64,000 bases of DNA from positions 372,001 through 436,000 of the forward strand of contig CDRNVI010000140.1 of the NCBI GenBank assembly GCA_977017575.1. Reading direction: 5' to 3'. Positions 57,068-64,000 of the stretch are shown in pieces. The stretch is from Paramoeba atlantica (lineage: Eukaryota; Protista; Discosea). The notes under the pieces are model-generated. The model was not told the DNA's origin. It did not search any database and saw nothing but the letters and a program-made list of their open reading frames with translations. Numbering within the stretch: position 1 is the stretch's first letter; the number at the start of each line of letters is the position of its first letter. Made by a program: the position numbers and the translations under genes.

Positions 57068-59416
57068 TTAATAAGACAATTCACCAAAAGCAATATGTGT
57101 TGGTTTCAAACAAACTTGAAGAGTAAGATGAGGAAGAGGATGAACATAATAATACTCTAACAACGCTTCCAAACTTGGAAATTGGCCATGATATCTTCCA
57201 TTTGAAACAAGACTAAAAACTTCATTCAAATTTTTCAAGAGAAATTTAGAGAACATATCTGCTGGATCGCCACCCTTCTTCATTTTGACAACAAGAGCAT
57301 ATGATATTGTGTCAGATTTGGAGAAACGAATCAAGAAAGAGCCAGCATCTTTTTGAAGAAGTTCTCTTTGAATGTACCCATCTTCACTCCACCCACAAAA
57401 CCATCTTTTTTTTTTTTTGGAAGAAAAAAAAAGTGAGAAGTTTCAAAACAAAAAATTTGGGAATCAATTTGAAAAAGTGAAGGAAGATGAATTAAAATGA
57501 ATCCAAACTTGTGTGCAAACATCGTCTTTGTTGCAATCATCTTCAATCCCTCAGATGTTAAGTCTCCAAGTTTTTTCAAATTAACAAAAATAGAACTGAA
57601 ATTATGAATATCTACTCCTTGCTCAATATTTAAAGCAGTATTACCACCTGGAAGAAAGGAAATCATCAAAATCATCATTCTCTCTCTTTCTCCTATCCAT
57701 CTTTTGCTTTTTTGAAAAAAAGAAAAGGTATTATACCAATACAGTGTCTCAAAAAATCAATATCCATCTTCTCATTAATCTTAAAATATTCCTTGACAGC
57801 TTTCAAGAAATCATGCCAGGCAACCTTTTGTAAAACTCGCCACCCAGCACTCTCCCAAAGAGCTCTCCCTTCTTCTGTTGTCACAAATGTGTGAATCCTC
57901 TCTCTCTTTCTCTCAAGATGAGAAGTTTCTTTCTTTGGTTGGTTAGAATCAGTTTGTTGTGGGGGTGGAGGAGGAGTTGAAGAAGGTGGAGTATTGGAAG
58001 GAGGAGGGGGAGAAGGAGAAGGGGATGGGTTTGTTGTTGTTGAAGGATAAGGGCTATATCTGTTTCGCCAGCTTGTTGTTGAAATGACTTCAATTTCTGG
58101 TGTTAATATTTTTCTACAACCATAAACTTTTTAGTTCAACAAAAATTAAAAATAAGAGGGTTGAAAGAGAAGAAAGAGAAGAACATAATCGAGGCTTCAT
58201 CAAAAGGCTCAATACATGGATGAGCTTCAAAGGCCAGTACCAGATTTGGTTGACGATAAGTTGTATCTATAAAAGTTAAGTTTGTTAGGCAAAAAAAAAG
58301 AAAGCTTTCTTTTTTTATTTTGCAGCATTAGAAAGCTTTGATAGAGAAGATTCAAAAATATTCAAACCAACAAATTTAATTTCCAAACACATTTGGACTC
58401 CAGGAGGGAGAGCTCCACAATCAACTAATTCAGTCTTTTGGTCTATCAAAAATTGTTCAATCAGAGAATCTCAAAAAATTGAATAGTTTTTCCTCTTTCA
58501 ATCTTTTCTCAATTTTCAATTCAAAAAAAAAAGTCAAACCAAGCTGTAATTTTCCGATTGAAACCCGAGATTTTCCTTGAATCAATCGACAAAAGAGCTT
58601 ATAAGTGGGTAAAGAAGGCATCAGTGAAACTAAAGTGATTGGAATCAACAACATTTTATCAGCTGTAGCGACAATTTTCGGTTGAGGGACTTCTTCTTGC
58701 TTCACCCATTTTTGAGAGGAATTCTAAAGAAGAAAGGGGGGGGGATTAAAAGAGAATAATAAAAGGAGAAGACTTTTTCAAAGAGAGATATTACCGAACG
58801 GCAATGAAAGTGGCCAACATTCAAAGTTGCAGCAGCAGTTCTTTTTCCAGAAGATTCTGTTGCTTGTTGTGGTTGTGGTTGTCGTTGTTGCGGTGCCTGA
58901 ACGGGAGCTGGGATCTGAGATGTTGGTTGTTCTGGATGATCAAAATATTGTGTTGGTGTTTGTCGGTATTGAGGTTGATTTCCTCCAGTTGAGATTTGAT
59001 TTTGAAGAGGGAGTTGAGGGAATGGAAAGGGGGATTGTTGGTCAGGAAACTGCTCGGGAGTGGAGAGCAAAATATCCCTGAAAAAATAGAACTTTTTTTT
59101 GAGCGAGAGAAACGCATTTTTTTCCCACAAAAAAAAAGAAAGAAAAAACTAACTTGGGAAAATAGGTTGGAGGAAGAGAAGCAGATTCACTTAAAGGGAA
59201 CTCACTTACAGGTAAAATATCAGATTCTTGGGAAAGAGTTAACTGCCCAAAGAGACCAGAATTTTCCTTGAAATGTTCAAATCCTCGGCCACCCGGTGAT
59301 GCGACCGAAAAGTCAGGAAATATCTGAGAGAAACGAAGTTGTGGATCTCCTTCGTTTCCCCCATTCTCAAGGGTATTGTCTCGTTTGGCTCTCTTTTGGG
59401 GTGGTGGGCCTTCCAT
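57068..59416 (-). CDS. SH2-domain protein with N-terminal NLS and Q/P-rich region; STAT-like architecture; multi-exon
   Basis: C-terminal SH2: WFCGW..ELLQKDAGSFLIRFSKS..YALVV..FPSLEALLEYY. It is preceded by a helical linker (ALWESAGW..VAWHDFLKAVKEYF) and a beta-rich central region. N-terminal PPPQKRAKR. Confidence 0.65.
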
Positions 59417-59729
59417 CTTTTCAAAAAAAAAAAAAGAAAAACAAAGAAAAAACACAGAATTCTCAAGAAAAAAGGTGAAAACAAAAACTGAAAAAAAATA
59501 TTTAGCGATCAAAAAAAGAGTTAGATATCTAAAATATTAGCCATTACCTTTTATTTTGGTTCTCTATTTTTAAAAATTAGCCGTTAGTTTTTCTTTTTCT
59601 GACTTCGTCATTTCTGCACGCAGTTTCTCTTGTTTCACTCGAAACTCACGACCTTTCGTTCTTCTCTCTTTCTTGGAAACAACTTAATTTCTCGTTTGTT
59701 TTTTTGGGTTGATTTTCAAATTTTTGTTC

Positions 59730-60986
59730 ATGTTGAGAAACCTTTTTTGCTCCGCCGTTTCGTTTCGTCGATGGGCGAGTTCTTGTCGTCCAATTCTCCT
59801 CCAAAGTGCCCTGGATCAGGGTGATTCGGTGAAAATCGAATTTGTTGGTGATGATGGTGAACCGCCATCACCGACATCTTCTTTTCCTTATCTCTGGCTT
59901 TTTGATCATCACCCAGCTTCGCTTCACCCAACTTCAAAACAACGAACCTTGATGCCACCCGGTTCGACAAACTCTCCTTTTTCTCTTGAAACACGACCCA
60001 CAAAAGTGTATGTCGAAAAAGATAAGTTGCATCTGGAGTGGGTTGATGTTGCTGGAAACCCCCAGAAAAATGTGTATGATGGAGATTGGCTCTACAAACG
60101 AAGATTCAGTTCGAATACTCGTTCTTCGATTGATGATGTTTTTGAAAGTGAGGAGACTTGGGAAACAAAAGATTTCGAGAATGAGAAGATCCCATCCATA
60201 TCTTCTTCCGAATTTTGTGGATCTGAGATGGGACGAAAGAAAGGACTCTTGCAATTGGCAAAATTTGGTGTCTTTCGAATTCAAGGGTTTCATTTTGATG
60301 AAGAAAACCCAATGCCAGCTGTGGAAGATCTTTGCACACGAGTTGGATTACCAAGAGAAACTTTTTATGGTCGAATGTGGGACACGAAACCCAAAGCAAA
60401 GGAAAAAGTCAATGACACAGCATTCACAAAAATGGAGCTTCCTGTTCATACTGACACCTGTTATTTGGAAAATTCACCTGGTGTTCAAATTTTTGCTTGT
60501 GTGGAACAATCTTTACAAGAGAATCCAGATTTTCCTTACGATGGTAGCACGCGTTTAGTGGATGGATTTCGAATTATCGATTATTTACGTGATCATCATT
60601 TGGAGACTTATCAATTCTTTAAAGAAACACCATTAATTTGGTATGCAAAGGAAGAAGGTGTCTATGCTCGAGCAAAAGGTTCTGTGATTGAAGAAACACC
60701 TTATCGGAGGTTTCGGTACAACCCCTTGGATTTGGATGAACTGACTTATTTGAATTCATCAAAAATATATGATTATTACCACCACAATGCTGTTCTGAAT
60801 CGTGTATTGCATGAAGAGAGATTTATGCTCCGAATAAAACTCCAGGTGGGCGATGCGATTGTTGTGAATAACCACCGTGTGTTGCATGGTCGAGAAGCAT
60901 TTGTTGGATCGAGAAACATGATGGGATGCTATGTTGGTGTGGATGAGTGGAAAAACTCATTAAGGGTCTTGCTAGATGAAGACTGA
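59730..60986 (+). CDS. Trimethyllysine dioxygenase / gamma-butyrobetaine hydroxylase family (Fe/2OG) enzyme; intronless
   Basis: Mitochondrial-type presequence; YLWLFDH..KQR N-domain; LPVHTDTCY..PGVQIFAC (HxD); LVDGF; GDAIVVNNHRVLHGREAF..R.MMGCY. Confidence 0.88.
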   Translation: MLRNLFCSAVSFRRWASSCRPILLQSALDQGDSVKIEFVGDDGEPPSPTSSFPYLWLFDHHPASLHPTSKQRTLMPPGSTNSPFSLETRPTKVYVEKDKLHLEWVDVAGNPQKNVYDGDWLYKRRFSSNTRSSIDDVFESEETWETKDFENEKIPSISSSEFCGSEMGRKKGLLQLAKFGVFRIQGFHFDEENPMPAVEDLCTRVGLPRETFYGRMWDTKPKAKEKVNDTAFTKMELPVHTDTCYLENSPGVQIFACVEQSLQENPDFPYDGSTRLVDGFRIIDYLRDHHLETYQFFKETPLIWYAKEEGVYARAKGSVIEETPYRRFRYNPLDLDELTYLNSSKIYDYYHHNAVLNRVLHEERFMLRIKLQVGDAIVVNNHRVLHGREAFVGSRNMMGCYVGVDEWKNSLRVLLDED

Positions 60987-61338
60987 AAGACTCTTGAGGA
61001 TATTGTATAAAAAAAAAATCAAAAACTGAACTTTGGTGAAATCTGATTGTTGTATGAATAAATTTGTAAAATTATTTTTTTGCTGGTTATCACAATATTG
61101 TCATTCACGGATAAAATGAGCCAAAAATCAGGAGGTTGGTGTTTTTCTCTTTCTTTTTTTCACCTTTTTTTCTCTTGAAGAGGACATCAATCTCTCCCCC
61201 TTTCTTCTCCTCTCTTCTTTCTCCTCTCTCACAAACAAAAGAAAAAAAGGAGATTGAAATATTGAATTTTTCTCTCAACAAACTCAAAGTGTTCAGTTTT
61301 CATTTGTTTTTTGAACTCACTGGTTTGAAAATTTTGCC

Positions 61339-62612
61339 CTACACAAACCCTAAAAATGAAAATGCAAAAACAAAAAATGACCAAATTAAAAAAAAATTGA
61401 AAAAATAAAAAAGAGAAAAAGAAAAAAGAAATCAAAACCCTTTCTTGAAATGTGGTGATCAGTTGAAAGATTCTTTCGTGTTTTGCAATATCTAAGACTG
61501 TTTTCCCACCCTAACAAAAAAAAGAAAGTTTCAAAAAAAGAACCACCCCACAAATCCCTTTCCCCAAAAAATAAAATAACAATCAACAATTTTGTTATTT
61601 TGCTCAAAAAAAAGGAAAATCAAAACATTGGTTTGAAGATGAACATTGGCTCCATGTTCAAGAAGAATCATCACAGTTTCTTCAAAACCGTTCTCAGCAG
61701 CACAGTGAAGAGCAGTCATTCCAGACTAACACAAAAAGGAGTCAAAAAAGAGAACAAATAACATAAATCACATACATGAACAACCATTAACAAACAACAA
61801 TAAAATATGAGAAAACAAATAAAAAAAGAAAATCAAAACACTGGTTTGAAGGTGAATATTGGATCCATGTTTAAGAAGAATCTTCACAAGTTCTTCAAAA
61901 CCATTTTGTGAAGAGCAGTATCTCCATCCTTACCAAAAAGAAATTATTAAAAGAACAATAAACAAAAACAAAAACAAATATCACACACAACACACCAGAA
62001 CCAACATGAACAACCAAAGAATGAACCACAAACAAATAAAAATGAGAAAACAAAGAAAAAGAAAATAGAAAATCAAAACTTGGGTTTGAAGATCAACATT
62101 ACATCGATGGTCAATCAGATTCTTTATAATTTCTTTAGAACATTTGTAAGCAGCAAAGTGTGGAGCCAAACTAAACAAAAAGCTCAAAATTAACCAAGAA
62201 TTAACCACAAATAAAAAAAAGAAAACAAACAAACAACAAAGAAAATGAGAAAGGCAAAAACAAAATCAAAACTTCATTTTGTTGATCAACATTGGATCCA
62301 TGTTCAATAAGCATCTTCACAATTTCTTTAAATCCTTTGTAAGCAGCGATGTGAAGAGCAACCATTCCATGCTGAACAATTTTTAAAAAAACAAAGAAAG
62401 AGAGAGCTCCTTGACAAAAGAAGTTTTAAAAAGAAAAAACAAAGAGAGAGAGAGAGGAAAAAGAAAACCATGTTTTTGAATTGGCAGTTGAGATCAATTT
62501 TGAATTGTTTGCTTTCTTTTCTAAGAAGAAGAACTTTGACAAGTAATTCATCGCCGACCACAATAGCATCAAAGAGTGTTTTTGTTTCTTCATTTGGAGT
62601 TTTTTCTGCCAT
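61339..62612 (-). CDS. Small ankyrin-repeat protein, one repeat per exon; two middle exons frameshifted
   Basis: Phase-0 99-nt exons HGMVALHIAAYKGFKEIVKMLIEHGSNV (62273-62371) and SGMTALHCAAENGFEETVMILLEHGANV (61627-61725), then GKTVLDIA; the 3' end is approximate. Confidence 0.75.
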
Positions 62613-62997
62613 CTTCTTTGCTGTGTGTTTTTCTGTGGTGAGAGAGAAGAAAAAGAAGAGAGGAGAGAAGAGAGAAGAAGGTTGATCTTTTTTGAAAGAC
62701 CAAACTTGTTCAAGAGAGAGAGAGAAGGGGGAGAGAAAAAAGGAGATCCTTCCGAAAGGAAAAGAGAGAGAGAGAGAAAAAGTACCTTCCGAAAGGGAAA
62801 AACAAGGAGCGAGACAAAAAACGAAAACGAAAAAAGAAGCGTTTTCGAAACAGAAAAAAAACCTGTTTTTCGTTTTTTCTCTCTTTCTCTCTCCTTTCAA
62901 GGGAATTTATCCTCAACTTTTTAGCAGACAGGACTGAGATGTAACTTGTTCTGATTTTCACACTTCTTCAAAAGCTCTTCACTCCAATCAAATCACT

Positions 62998-63333
62998 CTA
63001 CAGCACCAGAAAAATTTTCCATAATATTGAAAAACTGGGATTTGAACTTGCCTCCCTGGGGTTGGACATAGTCAAATTTATGACTAAACTACGGGTGCCA
63101 ACCCCAACTGACTCCGCTTCCTTGAAGATTAATTTACACACCACACAACCTCGACAGACTGTAATTACCATCCTTCTCATTGATGGCCAGTAGTAGCTTG
63201 CACGAAATAGTTTCTGAACTGTTCCTGAAACACCAGCATGACTTTTGAACACGTCTACTTTGGTACAGACTAAAGAAGGCGTGTCAGAAATATGTTGAAT
63301 GGACAACTGAAGAGCGGTCCTCAGAAGTCTCAC
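62998..63333 (-). mobile_element. Retrotransposon integrase zinc-binding (H2C2) fragment, degenerate
   Basis: HAGVSGTVQKLFRASYYWPSMRRMVITVCRGCVVC matches Ty3/Gypsy H.G...T....YYWP.M...V...C..C. No DDE core follows and there is no ATG. Confidence 0.75.
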
Positions 63334-63467
63334 GAAAAAGCGAGAAACTTCCTGATGACATCATCAATGGTGTTCTTTATTTAGATTCACAGAAGGTCGA
63401 CTTGGAGGAGACCAAGGGTCGACTTGAAGGAGATTGGGAATTGACTTGGAGAAGATCAAGAGTCGGA

Positions 63468-64000
63468 TCAAACGAATAGAGCAGAGAGCCAAGTGTCTTC
63501 AGAGTAGCGCACATTGCTCGTGTGCACTCTCCCCGCCCGAGAGGTCCTTCGTTTAGGAGAAACAGAGGTGCTCGAAGAAGAGCTCGAGGAGCTTGAAGAG
63601 CTTGAGGACTTGGAAGAGGAAGAAGACTTCTTGGTCGATTTAGAGGTTGAAGATTTGGAGGTTTTCGATAATTTAGAGGAAGAGGAAGAGGAAGAAGACT
63701 TCTTGGGTGACTTGGAAGTCGATGATTTGGAGGATGATGACTTAGAAGAAGATGATTTAGAAGGAGGTGAATTCAGAGGGTGTTTCTGATGATACCTTTC
63801 GATTTGTTCTGAAGCATCAATTTGTGAAACATGGATCCATTCAGCATCGGCCTTTCGGTAGTGTTTGAAATGCACTCGATAATAAAGTTCTCCATTCGAA
63901 TACTTATGCTTAAGGATTTCCTTCACTTCAAAATCATAACCATCATCATCTTCAACAATCTCTTCAGGTGCTGGCTCTGAATTAACAATAGATATTTCAT
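63468..64000 (-). CDS. Chromodomain with Ser/Lys-rich tail (chromovirus pol C-terminus or HP1-like gene); 5' end beyond right edge
   Basis: EDDDGYDFEVKEILKHK..YYRVHFKHY..AEWI..IDASEQIERY, then SSKSSTSKS repeats. The frame is open to the window edge. Confidence 0.75.
   Translation of the reverse strand, partial: EISIVNSEPAPEEIVEDDDGYDFEVKEILKHKYSNGELYYRVHFKHYRKADAEWIHVSQIDASEQIERYHQKHPLNSPPSKSSSSKSSSSKSSTSKSPKKSSSSSSSSKLSKTSKSSTSKSTKKSSSSSKSSSSSSSSSSSSSTSVSPKRRTSRAGRVHTSNVRYSEDTWLSALFV

Noticed and set aside
1-64000. tRNA, rRNA or structured ncRNA genes; alternative genetic code
   Set aside because: No cloverleaf or rRNA-like segments were recognised, and conserved proteins end at TAA, TAG and TGA normally.

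Overview
AT-rich, intron-dense eukaryotic DNA with (TTTTA)n and (CT)n microsatellite introns and the standard genetic code. It is probably an amoebozoan-type protist; this is inferred from the S53 peptidases, the alpha-kinase and a STAT-like SH2 gene. Spliced genes: DENND2-like DENN+PH GEF (runs off the left edge), two TPP1/sedolisin paralogues, BPHL-like hydrolase, ZIP transporter, three bacterial-PH-like membrane proteins, an EGF/PPC secreted protein, a class IV sirtuin fused to Kelch repeats, organellar TypA/BipA, an LRR-RING ligase, an F-BAR-like+PH protein, an NLS+SH2 (STAT-like) protein and an ankyrin protein. Intronless genes: a tandem array of five GT90/CAP10-like glycosyltransferases plus a collapsed sixth relic (between the TPP1 paralogues), a small ZnF-UBP-like protein, a zinc-finger alpha-kinase, a 3-copy secreted Cys-rich family, a bacterial-type arylsulfatase and a TMLH/BBOX-type dioxygenase. 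Chromodomain and integrase-H2C2 sequences lie at the right edge. The most notable features are the mosaic GT90 array and a pattern seen four times in which exons or exon tails are tandemly duplicated into introns and then decay. All calls come from manual motif recognition and manual splicing. No database searches were run, and exon boundaries and some gene ends are approximate.
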